DNA of 49,057 nt, from the NCBI GenBank assembly GCA_964655225.1, contig CAZZMB010000007.1, positions 15,351-64,407 of the forward strand, in the 5' to 3' direction. Of the stretch, positions 28,090 through 36,537 are shown piece by piece. The stretch comes from an uncultured Chitinophagales bacterium. GTDB taxonomy: Bacteria > Bacteroidota > Bacteroidia > Chitinophagales > UBA8649. The notes below the pieces were generated by a model. It saw nothing but the letters and a program-made list of their open reading frames with translations. It was not told the origin of the DNA and searched no databases. Each line of letters begins with the position of its first letter. Position 1 is the stretch's first letter. The translations under genes were made by a program, and so were the position numbers.

Positions 28090-29216
28090 AACGCTATAAA
28101 TTCTTTTATTTTATTAATTATATATTCTTGTTGGTCTTCGCCTAATTCTGTATGCATAGGAAGTGCGAGAACCGATTGGCAAAGATAATCAGTATTGGCA
28201 AACTTTCGAGAATCATCTTTATAAGGTAATTGCTCACTTAAGGGAACCGGGTAATAAATATTACAAGGAATTCCAAATTCGTTGAGATAGGTTTTTAAAT
28301 CATCCCGATTAACACCCCTAGTTTTAAGTACATATTGATGAAACACATGTGTAGAATTTTTTACACGCGCTGGAACGACAATCTCATTAACTCCGACCAA
28401 TAGATGATCATAGTTATTGGCTGCCGCATTACGTGCTTGACAATACTCGTCCAAATGCCTTAATTTAATCCTTAAAACAGCCGCTTGAATGCTATCTAAT
28501 CGAGAATTAACTCCAACAAAATCGTGGTAATATTGCTTAGATTGTCCATGATTAGCAATAATTCTTAGTTGTTTAGCTAAATCATCATTATTAGTAAAAA
28601 TCGCTCCACCATCGCCCATACATCCCAAGTTTTTTGAGGGGAAAAATGAGGTAGTTCCTATATCACCAATTGTTCCTGCTTTTGCTACTCGACCATCTCT
28701 AAAAGTATAATCTGCACCAATCGCTTGGGCTGTATCTTCAACTACAAAAAGTTTATGTTTTTTCGCCAATTGAAGAAGCTCCTCCATTTGACTGCATTGT
28801 CCAAACAAATGAACAGGAACAATCGCCTTTGTTTTTGCAGTAATAGCTGCTTCCAGCTCATCAATAAGAATATCAAAAGTATCGGGATGGACATCTACCA
28901 AAACAGGCTTCAATTGCAGCAAAGCAATAATTTCAGCAGTTGCTACATAAGTGAAATTTGTAGTAATAACCTCATCTCCTGGCTCGAGCCCCAGGGACAT
29001 CATAGCTAATTGCAATGCATCTGTACCGTTAGCACAAGCAATGACATGCTTTACATTTAAGTATTTTTCAAGCTCTCTTTCAAACTTTTGAACTTCCGCA
29101 CCCTTTATATAAGCTGCACTCTCTACGACTTCCAAGATTTTATTATTTAACTCAGGCTGTAAATGGCTATGCTGAGTTTTTAAATCCACCATTTGAATCG
29201 GTCTCATTGCTTTCAT
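28086..29216 (-). CDS. DegT/DnrJ/EryC1/StrS aminotransferase (WbpE/PorR-like)
   Basis: NGTDAL, VHLFGQ, EDTAQA, SFFPSKNLG (PLP Lys) and NSRLD motifs. Confidence 0.93.
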   Translation of the reverse strand: MKAMRPIQMVDLKTQHSHLQPELNNKILEVVESAAYIKGAEVQKFERELEKYLNVKHVIACANGTDALQLAMMSLGLEPGDEVITTNFTYVATAEIIALLQLKPVLVDVHPDTFDILIDELEAAITAKTKAIVPVHLFGQCSQMEELLQLAKKHKLFVVEDTAQAIGADYTFRDGRVAKAGTIGDIGTTSFFPSKNLGCMGDGGAIFTNNDDLAKQLRIIANHGQSKQYYHDFVGVNSRLDSIQAAVLRIKLRHLDEYCQARNAAANNYDHLLVGVNEIVVPARVKNSTHVFHQYVLKTRGVNRDDLKTYLNEFGIPCNIYYPVPLSEQLPYKDDSRKFANTDYLCQSVLALPMHTELGEDQQEYIINKIKEFIAL

Positions 29217-29308
29217 GTTTGCATGTAAAGATATTGTTTAAACAGGTTAAATTTGTTAAAAGATAAAATAATTCGAGTATAAGAAATGAAAATCAGTAAA
29301 TTTGTTTG

Positions 29309-30070
29309 ATGAGAAAAATCTTTCTAGCTTTTACATACCTAATGTTCTCGGGAGTGCTCTTTGCCCAAGTTGAAGATGATGTGGTTGATTATGAAAAAAC
29401 ATTATTACTTTCTCCTATAATTTCATTTCAAATACCAGGAGTTGATTTGGCAGAACGATTTGGATTGGCTTATCAATTTGGTCTTGCAATTGAATATAAG
29501 TTTGCCAAAAATTGGTCCTTTGGTGGCGAAGGTGGCTTCCTCTTTGGAACCAAGGTTAAGGAAACCGATCACATTCAAGAAGCGCTTGCGCTTAATGGCC
29601 TAGTTATAACAGAAGAAGGTTCTTTAGACAATGTTGATTTGAATTTAAGAGGAGCTGTTATCAAAGTAAATATTGGAAAATCTTTTTTTTTCTCGCCTGA
29701 AAAACCTAGTAACGGACTCTTGCTGAAATTAGGCGTTGGATATCTGCAACATAAAATTCTTATCGATGTTAATAAAAGAATTACGCCGCAGCTCAGTGGC
29801 GATTATGCAAAGGGATATGACCGATTATCCAGCGGTTTGTTACTAAGCCAATACATCGGATTAATACGCCTGGAAAAAGGCAAATTTGTAAATCTAAGCT
29901 TTGGCGTAGAGATAACTGAAGGTTTCACCAACAATCGAAGACCTTTTGATTTCCATCTTCAGCGTGTATTAAAGGAATCTAGAGTTGACCTTATGTATGG
30001 AGTGAAAATTTCCTGGATGATTCCAGTTTACCTCGGTCAAAGTTCTAGCAATCAATACTACACCTATTAA
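29309..30070 (+). CDS. Hypothetical exported protein, probable outer-membrane beta-barrel
   Basis: Sec signal ending VLFA-Q; amphipathic beta-strands; -7 element TAAATTTG at 29297-29304 supports ATG 29309. Confidence 0.7.
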   Translation: MRKIFLAFTYLMFSGVLFAQVEDDVVDYEKTLLLSPIISFQIPGVDLAERFGLAYQFGLAIEYKFAKNWSFGGEGGFLFGTKVKETDHIQEALALNGLVITEEGSLDNVDLNLRGAVIKVNIGKSFFFSPEKPSNGLLLKLGVGYLQHKILIDVNKRITPQLSGDYAKGYDRLSSGLLLSQYIGLIRLEKGKFVNLSFGVEITEGFTNNRRPFDFHLQRVLKESRVDLMYGVKISWMIPVYLGQSSSNQYYTY

Positions 30071-30072
30071 AC

Positions 30073-31296
30073 ATGGGTATGTTTATTTCTAAAATAGTAT
30101 ATAGACTGGCTGTGCATTTCTACCATTTTTTTATTGGTATATGCAGTTTATTTAATGAAAAAGCTTACCAGTTTAGCAAAGGACGAATCAATCAACAAGT
30201 TGAAAGACAAACCGCTCCAACGATTTGGTTTCACTGTGCTTCTCTTGGTGAGTTTGAACAAGCCAAACCATTGATGAAATGGTTTTATGACAACCACGCT
30301 GAGCCCATTATTCTTACTTTTTTTTCATCCTCAGGATATACCTATAAAAATAATTATCCCTTAGCGAAAGCTGTATATTACTTACCAAAAGACAGCCCGA
30401 GCAATGCACACGCGTTTATAGATAAAATAAATCCCAAGGCGGCCTTTTTCATAAAGTACGAATTTTGGTTTTTTTATTTAAACGAATTAAAGAATCATGA
30501 CATCCCTCACTTCCTTGTTGCGGGAATTTTTCGTAAAAATCAGATCTTTTTCAAGCCCTACGGCATCTTACATAGAACCATGTTAGCGAGCTTCAACCAT
30601 TTGTTTGTTCAAGGGGAAAACTCACTTCAACTATTGAATAAACATGATTTTAAGAAAGCCTCTATTGCGTTAGATACTCGCTTTGATACTGTTAAGCAAA
30701 TAAGTCAATGCAATTTTACAGATGATATTATTGAAAATTTTATCAAGAAAGGAAAGGTTATAATTATTGGAAGTAGTTGGCTAAAAGATGAATTGATTAT
30801 TAAAAAGATAGCGGATAGTTTTCCTAATTATCGTTTTATCATTGCTCCACATGAAGTAAATCCTCAACGAGTGAAGCAGTTGTTAAAACTCTTCCCAACT
30901 GCCATTTTACTTTCTAATCCGATCCTGGATGATAAACATAATGTATTGATTGTGGATAGTATTGGGAAATTAGCCTTATTGTATAGGTACGCTGATATTT
31001 GCTATATAGGTGGAGGGTTTGGAGTTAGTGTACATAATGTTCTAGAAGCTGCCGTTTATGGTAAAGCCTTGATCTACGGACCTAGATATTCTAAATCTAA
31101 GGAAGCTGTTGAACTGATTCAAAAAGGGGCTGCAATATCTATAAACAACGCTGAAGATTTCAAAAATACCTTATTGACTTATGAGAATACTAATTGTTAT
31201 CAAAATGCTTGTAGTACGGCTTTTGAATATGTAAATCTGCGAGCAGGAGGAACATTAGTAGTCATTGACAAATTAAAGAAGGATAACATCTTCTAA
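30073..31296 (+). CDS. waaA: 3-deoxy-D-manno-octulosonate (Kdo) transferase
   Basis: WFHCASLGEFEQ, YLPKD, KYEFW, IAPHE and GGGF-x3-HNVLEAA motifs. Confidence 0.92.
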   Translation: MGMFISKIVYRLAVHFYHFFIGICSLFNEKAYQFSKGRINQQVERQTAPTIWFHCASLGEFEQAKPLMKWFYDNHAEPIILTFFSSSGYTYKNNYPLAKAVYYLPKDSPSNAHAFIDKINPKAAFFIKYEFWFFYLNELKNHDIPHFLVAGIFRKNQIFFKPYGILHRTMLASFNHLFVQGENSLQLLNKHDFKKASIALDTRFDTVKQISQCNFTDDIIENFIKKGKVIIIGSSWLKDELIIKKIADSFPNYRFIIAPHEVNPQRVKQLLKLFPTAILLSNPILDDKHNVLIVDSIGKLALLYRYADICYIGGGFGVSVHNVLEAAVYGKALIYGPRYSKSKEAVELIQKGAAISINNAEDFKNTLLTYENTNCYQNACSTAFEYVNLRAGGTLVVIDKLKKDNIF

Positions 31297-31302
31297 GAGA
31301 AT

Positions 31303-31638
31303 TCATCGCAGTTTAAATCCGTAAGCACAGTGCCTGCAATTACTTTTGCAGCACTTACCTTTTATCATATGGTACAATTCAGTGAAGACAACAAATCCAT
31401 TTTCATAATAGAAGTCTCGATTCTCTATTAGCTCCTCAGAAAGTCCTAACGCTGAAATATAGGCTGTTTTATTATTCAGATCAACCAGACATGAATTACA
31501 AAGACAGTCATAATTAGTTTTTCGAAGAAACTCGTTCGTATTTTCAGACAGCTTGATAGAAGTACATTCGCAAGCTAAAATATTCTGCGAGGAGCAGGAG
31601 AGCTCATCTTTACACCTTGGACAAACTTTTGGCGTCAT
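31303..31638 (-). CDS. Cys-rich protein: CWC-family-like N-domain fused to DUF5522-like C-domain
   Basis: CPRC-x5-C...CEC...CLC-x2-C, then DFYYENG..VFT..YH...CC-x3-CRHC-x-Y; 12 Cys in 111 aa. Confidence 0.75.
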   Translation of the reverse strand: MTPKVCPRCKDELSCSSQNILACECTSIKLSENTNEFLRKTNYDCLCNSCLVDLNNKTAYISALGLSEELIENRDFYYENGFVVFTELYHMIKGKCCKSNCRHCAYGFKLR

Positions 31639-31734
31639 AGAAATGGAAACATATTAGTTAAGAGATTGTTTATACTTTATACTTTTACTTAAAAATTAGT
31701 AAAATAAATTCTTGAATGATTGAATTTAATGTTT

Positions 31735-31742
31735 TACTTTTG
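31735..31742 (+). promoter_or_regulatory. -7 promoter element upstream of the tRNA locus
   Basis: TACTTTTG with upstream TTG motifs in an AT-rich region. Confidence 0.65.
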
Positions 31743-31756
31743 CAATCCTTTAGAAC

Positions 31757-31794
31757 CCGGAGTTAGCTCTGGTGACTAGAGCGCTGGATTCATA
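31757..31794 (+). pseudogene. Degenerate 5'-half copy of the adjacent tRNA-Met
   Basis: 31764-31794 TAGCTCTGGTGACTAGAGCGCTGGATTCATA matches 31867-31897 at 27/31 nt; similarity ends just after the CAT anticodon. Confidence 0.75.
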
Positions 31795-31859
31795 GCGGAC
31801 GGTGGATTGATATGGCCACAAAATAAATATTCTGAGAAGAATCAAAATATCAGCCTCAT

Positions 31860-31933
31860 GCCGAGGTAGCTCAGGTGGTTAGAGCGCAGGATTCATAACC
31901 CTGAGGTCGGCGGTTCAATTCCGCCTCTCGGTA
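31860..31933 (+). tRNA. tRNA-Met(CAT), elongator type; CCA not encoded
   Basis: Acceptor GCCGAGG/TCTCGGT, D-stem GCTC/GAGC, anticodon arm CAGGA-TTCATAA-CCCTG, T-arm GGCGG-TTCAATT-CCGCC, discriminator A. Confidence 0.95.
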
Positions 31934-31942
31934 CTTCAAGAC

Positions 31943-31981
31943 AAAGCGTTGGAATGCAGTATGCAGCTCAGCGCTTTTTTT
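31943..31981. terminator. Intrinsic terminator between the tRNA and convergent mvaD
   Basis: AAAGCGTTG ... CAGCGCTTT stem running into a T tract. Confidence 0.7.
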
Positions 31982-31995
31982 ATTTCTTTTGAAAG

Positions 31996-33075
31996 TTAAA
32001 GCTTGTGTGCCCCATCACCAACCTGATCTTCGATGATCAAGCCATTTTCACAATACCGTTGACATTCTTCCTTAATGAATGCTTGTACTTGAGAGGCAAT
32101 ATATTCTGGGTATAAGACGTGTAAATTAGGACCGGCATCTAGAGTAAAGCAAACAGGCAAACCCGTTTTTTCTCTAAAAGCTCTAATCTTTTCTATCAGA
32201 ACCAAACTATTTGGCTTCATCAAAACATAACTTGGAGTAGAGGTCATCATCAGGGCATGAAGTGTTAAAGCTTCTTCCTCTACTATTTGCATGAATACAT
32301 TAATATCACCTTCTTTCATGGCTTTCATGAGCTTCGCTAAGTTATCATTGGCTTGCTTAAAGCGAACGGCAGCGTATGGGTTGTTTTCCATCAACTGATG
32401 CCCTGCGGAACTGCTTACCGACTTTTCCTTGGCTGAAGCAATTAGAATTGAATTTTTAAAAGTGTGGAAGATTGGATCTACCGCAGCACTTAAATCAATC
32501 GCAAAAGCGCTGGTACTGCCTTGAATCTCTTCATGAACTCCCCACTGCCCAAGCTTAGGATAAACTGACCGACAAGCAGAACCACTTGCTAATCGAGACA
32601 GATAAGAGGCTTTCTGTAAGAATTCGTCCTCAATGCTCAAACTGCCGAAAACTTGACGTTCAATAGAACATAAACACAAGGCTAAAGCAGACATAGCTGA
32701 AGCAGATGAAGCAATTCCAGCCGAGTGAGGGAATGAATTATCCGAATGAATCTCTAAATCTAATCCTTGTAGAAATGGATAAATATCTTCTATTGATTTG
32801 ATGAAATTAGTAATGCGCGACTCAAACGCAGAATTGCGTTCCTTTTCAAAAAATAAAACCACTTGACCATTTCCTGGCTTATAATTCATACGCATATTGG
32901 TATGCGCATTTTTCAAGGTGAAACTTACTGATGGGTTACTTGGCAACTGTCTGCCATGCTTGCCCCAATATTTGACTAGAGCAATATTTGAAGGGCTTCT
33001 CCAAGCTGTTTTACCACTCAACTCATTTATCGCCAAGCTCAATTCAATAGCGTGATAAATCTCCTTTACTTCCAT
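31996..33075 (-). CDS. mvaD: Diphosphomevalonate decarboxylase
   Basis: PSNIALVKYWGK, FPHSAGIASSAS, SGSACRS and TLDAGPNLH motifs. Confidence 0.92.
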   Translation of the reverse strand: MEVKEIYHAIELSLAINELSGKTAWRSPSNIALVKYWGKHGRQLPSNPSVSFTLKNAHTNMRMNYKPGNGQVVLFFEKERNSAFESRITNFIKSIEDIYPFLQGLDLEIHSDNSFPHSAGIASSASAMSALALCLCSIERQVFGSLSIEDEFLQKASYLSRLASGSACRSVYPKLGQWGVHEEIQGSTSAFAIDLSAAVDPIFHTFKNSILIASAKEKSVSSSAGHQLMENNPYAAVRFKQANDNLAKLMKAMKEGDINVFMQIVEEEALTLHALMMTSTPSYVLMKPNSLVLIEKIRAFREKTGLPVCFTLDAGPNLHVLYPEYIASQVQAFIKEECQRYCENGLIIEDQVGDGAHKL

Positions 33076-33971
33076 ATCAATTCTTCAAATGCAAAAATGG
33101 TGTCTAAACCTTTCTTCGTGAAATAATCCTTTACGTACCCAGGCTCTTCCTTACTCAATGCCATTATATAATCCCCTCCCCAGGCACCCAGTGATTTGCA
33201 GGCTCCCTTAAAATCATCAAATAAGCCGACATTAACACTAGCTAGGTTGAGCTTATTACTCATTAAAGCTTCATGTTCAACTAAAATATCAATGGAAGAG
33301 TCCACATCTGATGAAACTGCCAAAGCCAAAGTCAAACGATTTATTGCTTCAACAATTTCTTTGGTATTTGACAAAGATTGATAATACGCTATCGCCTCCC
33401 TTGAATTTTTCTTTTGATTCAAGTAAACAAAATAAGTATGATCTGTCCATTGGCCAGATAACTTACAGTTTTCTATTCGAATTTGATCATTCAAATTTTG
33501 ATAAATAATTGGTTCATGTGCAGTTGCGCAGGCAATATCGTAGCCACTTCCCCCAAAGGTCTTATCAAGTAATTTATAAGGATCAATGTTTGCCCATTGT
33601 GCAAGTAGACTTATTAATGTACTGCTCGAGCCCAGCCCCCATTTTTGTGGAAATTCTAGAAAAGTTTTAAAACTAATATTCTTCTGAAAGAAAACCGATG
33701 AATTTAAATCATCTACAGCTTTCAATATTTGCTGAAGTCGATCAAGATCTTGACTTTCTATGTCTGAATTTGGCAACTTCGCCCGCAACCATAACTCATT
33801 TTCACTGTTGTAACTTTGCCAATCTATTTGAGAACTGGTCTTGTTCAAATAGTTTACTTCGAGCCTTTGACCAAAACGTGTTGGTATCGCTAGAGCTTTG
33901 GCCCCATCCAAAACGGCATACTCGCCAGTTAACATAAGTTTACCGTGCGCATAAAAGCGTTTTGAATCCAT
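33066..33971 (-). CDS. GYDIA-family GHMP kinase (probable phosphomevalonate kinase)
   Basis: GKLMLTGEYAVL, WGLGSSS, GSGYDIACA and KSLGAWGGD motifs; lies between HMG-CoA reductase and mvaD. Confidence 0.88.
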   Translation of the reverse strand: MDSKRFYAHGKLMLTGEYAVLDGAKALAIPTRFGQRLEVNYLNKTSSQIDWQSYNSENELWLRAKLPNSDIESQDLDRLQQILKAVDDLNSSVFFQKNISFKTFLEFPQKWGLGSSSTLISLLAQWANIDPYKLLDKTFGGSGYDIACATAHEPIIYQNLNDQIRIENCKLSGQWTDHTYFVYLNQKKNSREAIAYYQSLSNTKEIVEAINRLTLALAVSSDVDSSIDILVEHEALMSNKLNLASVNVGLFDDFKGACKSLGAWGGDYIMALSKEEPGYVKDYFTKKGLDTIFAFEELIWK

Positions 33972-33974
33972 GAC

Positions 33975-35309
33975 TTAAACCGTTCTTAGTAATTGTAAAT
34001 ACTCTCTTACTGCGCTAAAAGAAACCACCCTATCCTTGAAGTGCACTAGTGCAACTTCCACTTCACCTTCAGTAGCATGAAAATGACTTAAAATATTATT
34101 TAAATGCATTTTCATATGTCCCGCTTGTATTCCCGTAGTCGTTAAGGATTTGAGCGCTGCAAAATTTTGAGCTAATCCGACAACAGCAACAATTTTCATC
34201 AATTCATGAGCTTTTGGATTCCCCATTAGCTCCATTGATTTTTTGGCTAGAGGATGCAGACCTGTCAGACCACCAACAGTTCCCAGAGCAAGAGGGACTT
34301 CTATATAGAACCTAAAAATATTGTTCTCAATTGAGCAATGTGTTAAACTTTTATACTGACCATCCTTGGCCGCATAAGTATGCGCGCAAGCTTCAACTGC
34401 TCTAAAATCATTTCCTGTTGCAATTACTACAGAATCAATTCCATTCATAATCCCTTTATTGTGCGTTGTAGCCCGATAAGGATCTATTTCAGCAATCCGC
34501 ACTGCAGTTGCAAACTTCTCCGCAAACTCTTCAGGTTTCATAGCACCATCATTAAAATAACCCAGCTGATCAATAGGACAACTCACTTCTGCTCTCACGA
34601 CGCAATCTGGCGTAAAATTTGAAAGAATAGACATAATGACGCTCACGTCTTTCTCTTTCAGCGAGAAAAGAGGAGAAAGTTGTATTTCTTCAACTAATAT
34701 TTCAGCAAACGCTTCTAAGCATGAGTTAATGAAATTAGCGCCCATTGAATCTACCGTCTCGAAACTACATTTTAGTTGAAACAGGCATTCTTCTTTATGG
34801 CTTAGGTCTAGAAGTTCAATATTAGAGATACCTCCACCCCTATTTACCATATTTTGAGTAATATCCTTAACTCCGTTAATTAATTTTGACTTGAGCTCAG
34901 GAAAGAAAGTTTTTAACTTAGCTGTATCACCTTTAAACGTGAAATGAACGTGACCCAACTTAACTGAATTCAAAACCTCCGCCTTAAAGCCACCTTTCTC
35001 GTACCAAAACTTTGCCGCGTTAGCGCAAGCTGCAACTACAGAGCTTTCCTCTGTAACCATAGGAATGGCGTAATCATTACCATTGATAAAAAAATTCGGT
35101 GCAATACCGAAAGGCATATGGAAGTTTGATACCGTATTTTCACTAAATCCCTCAAACACTTTTTGATCCTCGATATTGTCATGCCAGAAACTTGCAAAAT
35201 CCTTGACAACCTCAATAGGATTAGAATACAAGAAATTTTGAGCTAACCACTGAATCTTTTCAGTCTTGCTTAATTTTGAAAATCCAGAAATCTTTTTTCC
35301 GTCTTGCAT
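33975..35309 (-). CDS. mvaA: Class II HMG-CoA reductase
   Basis: EESSVVAA, DSMGAN, THNKGIMNG, GNDFRA, GTVGG and GHMKMH motifs; start at ATG 35309 (MQDGKKISGFSKL) supported by -7 element at 35314-35321. Confidence 0.93.
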   Translation of the reverse strand: MQDGKKISGFSKLSKTEKIQWLAQNFLYSNPIEVVKDFASFWHDNIEDQKVFEGFSENTVSNFHMPFGIAPNFFINGNDYAIPMVTEESSVVAACANAAKFWYEKGGFKAEVLNSVKLGHVHFTFKGDTAKLKTFFPELKSKLINGVKDITQNMVNRGGGISNIELLDLSHKEECLFQLKCSFETVDSMGANFINSCLEAFAEILVEEIQLSPLFSLKEKDVSVIMSILSNFTPDCVVRAEVSCPIDQLGYFNDGAMKPEEFAEKFATAVRIAEIDPYRATTHNKGIMNGIDSVVIATGNDFRAVEACAHTYAAKDGQYKSLTHCSIENNIFRFYIEVPLALGTVGGLTGLHPLAKKSMELMGNPKAHELMKIVAVVGLAQNFAALKSLTTTGIQAGHMKMHLNNILSHFHATEGEVEVALVHFKDRVVSFSAVREYLQLLRTV

Positions 35310-35313
35310 GCTG

Positions 35314-35321
35314 CAAAAATA
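35314..35321 (-). promoter_or_regulatory. -7 promoter element of the mevalonate operon
   Basis: TATTTTTG, 4 nt before ATG 35309. Confidence 0.6.
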
Positions 35322-35515
35322 CTGATTTTTTTTGAACAATAATCCTGGTAACCTGGATACATTAAATTTAATAAATAAAATTTCCAATGAGCTATTAAAA
35401 AATAAGCTTCTCACAGACCGATTTATCAAGAACAATGCGATAACACGCAATATATTAAATATTGAACCTATACCTAAGGTAATCTTCTATTTTAATAGAA
35501 TAATATTTAAAATTT

Positions 35516-35986
35516 TTATGACTCTAAACTTTGAATTACAACCTTTGGAACAAACTTACTTACATCTCCGTTTCCTTTGATTATCTCCCGAACAATAGTA
35601 GACGAAATCGAGCTAAGCTCAGGTTTAGAAAGAATTAAAATAGTTTCTATGGTTTCATACATTGCATTATTTAAATGCGCAATAGTCTTCTCATATTCAA
35701 AATCAGCAGCCGAGCGGATCCCTCTTAGGATATAATCTGCATTTTTTGCTTTACAAAAATTAATAGTTAGCCCTTCGTAGCTAGAAATTTCAATCTTCTT
35801 TTCACTACCAAAAGTATCTAACAACCAATTCATCCTTTGCTCTAATGAATACAAATATTTCTTCTGGGTATTGACGCCAATAGCAATGATGATTGTATCA
35901 AAAAGTGGTAAAGCGCGATTTACAATATCCACATGTCCTACGGTTATAGGATCGAAAGATCCGGGGAAAACGGCAATTTTAGACAT
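35516..35986 (-). CDS. coaD: Phosphopantetheine adenylyltransferase
   Basis: FPGSFDPITVGH, RGIR-x3-DFEYE and ISSTIVRE motifs. Confidence 0.97.
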   Translation of the reverse strand: MSKIAVFPGSFDPITVGHVDIVNRALPLFDTIIIAIGVNTQKKYLYSLEQRMNWLLDTFGSEKKIEISSYEGLTINFCKAKNADYILRGIRSAADFEYEKTIAHLNNAMYETIETILILSKPELSSISSTIVREIIKGNGDVSKFVPKVVIQSLES

Positions 35987-35991
35987 AACAA

Positions 35992-36537
35992 CTAGTTTTT
36001 TCCTGCATTGGTAAAGATACTAAATATAGTTTGTCCATATTTTTTCTGCTTCACGTAATGGGGGTGTTTCTTGAAATTGTGTTGAGGATTATGCTCCATA
36101 ATAAACCAACCTTCTCCCTCCACCAAGTCGTGCTCAAAAATCAAATCCGGAATATCTGGTAAAGTAGGCAATGGATAAGGAGGACCTGCGAATATGAGGT
36201 CAAATTTTTCTCTACTGTGCTTCATGAATTTGAAGATATCCATTGGCATTACTTTCATTCCTTCAATATCGAGAAGATCTCTTGTTTTTTCAATAAACTT
36301 AACACACTTTGGATATTGCTCTACAATTGTAATATCCGTGCAACCTCTAGATGCAATTTCATAAGATAACTGCCCAGTCCCTCCAAACAAATCTAAAAAG
36401 CGAATATTTTCAAAATTGTAGTAATTCTCTAAGGTATTAAAAAGCGCTTCCTTAGCAATATTAGTTGTAGGTCGGGTGGGAGAAAATTCTGGAACTTTTA
36501 ACACTCGTCCCCCATATTTTCCAGCAATAATTCTCAT
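35992..36537 (-). CDS. rsmD: RsmD-family 16S rRNA m2G966 methyltransferase
   Basis: MRIIAGKY, RPT-x4-KEALFN, LDLFGGTG and KKYG motifs; motif IV reads GPPY; upstream of coaD. Confidence 0.88.
   Translation of the reverse strand: MRIIAGKYGGRVLKVPEFSPTRPTTNIAKEALFNTLENYYNFENIRFLDLFGGTGQLSYEIASRGCTDITIVEQYPKCVKFIEKTRDLLDIEGMKVMPMDIFKFMKHSREKFDLIFAGPPYPLPTLPDIPDLIFEHDLVEGEGWFIMEHNPQHNFKKHPHYVKQKKYGQTIFSIFTNAGKN

Noticed and set aside
29235-29244. TGTTTAAACA palindrome, and similar AT-rich inverted repeats at 31683-31704 and 35485-35500
   Set aside because: Short and very AT-rich, so expected by chance in this composition
31860-31933. CAT-anticodon tRNA as tRNA-Ile2 (tilS is in the window) or initiator tRNA
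   Set aside because: Paired 1:72 position and no triple G-C anticodon stem argue against initiator; the CAGGA-TTCATAA-CCCTG arm resembles elongator Met; tilS is 30 kb away. An isotype-specific model would settle it.
31640-32000. Genomic island integrated at the tRNA
   Set aside because: No integrase and no 3'-end tRNA repeat seen in the window; flanking genes are housekeeping
35310-35450. 47-aa N-terminal extension on HMG-CoA reductase
   Set aside because: ORF-caller artefact; family similarity and a -7 element support ATG 35309
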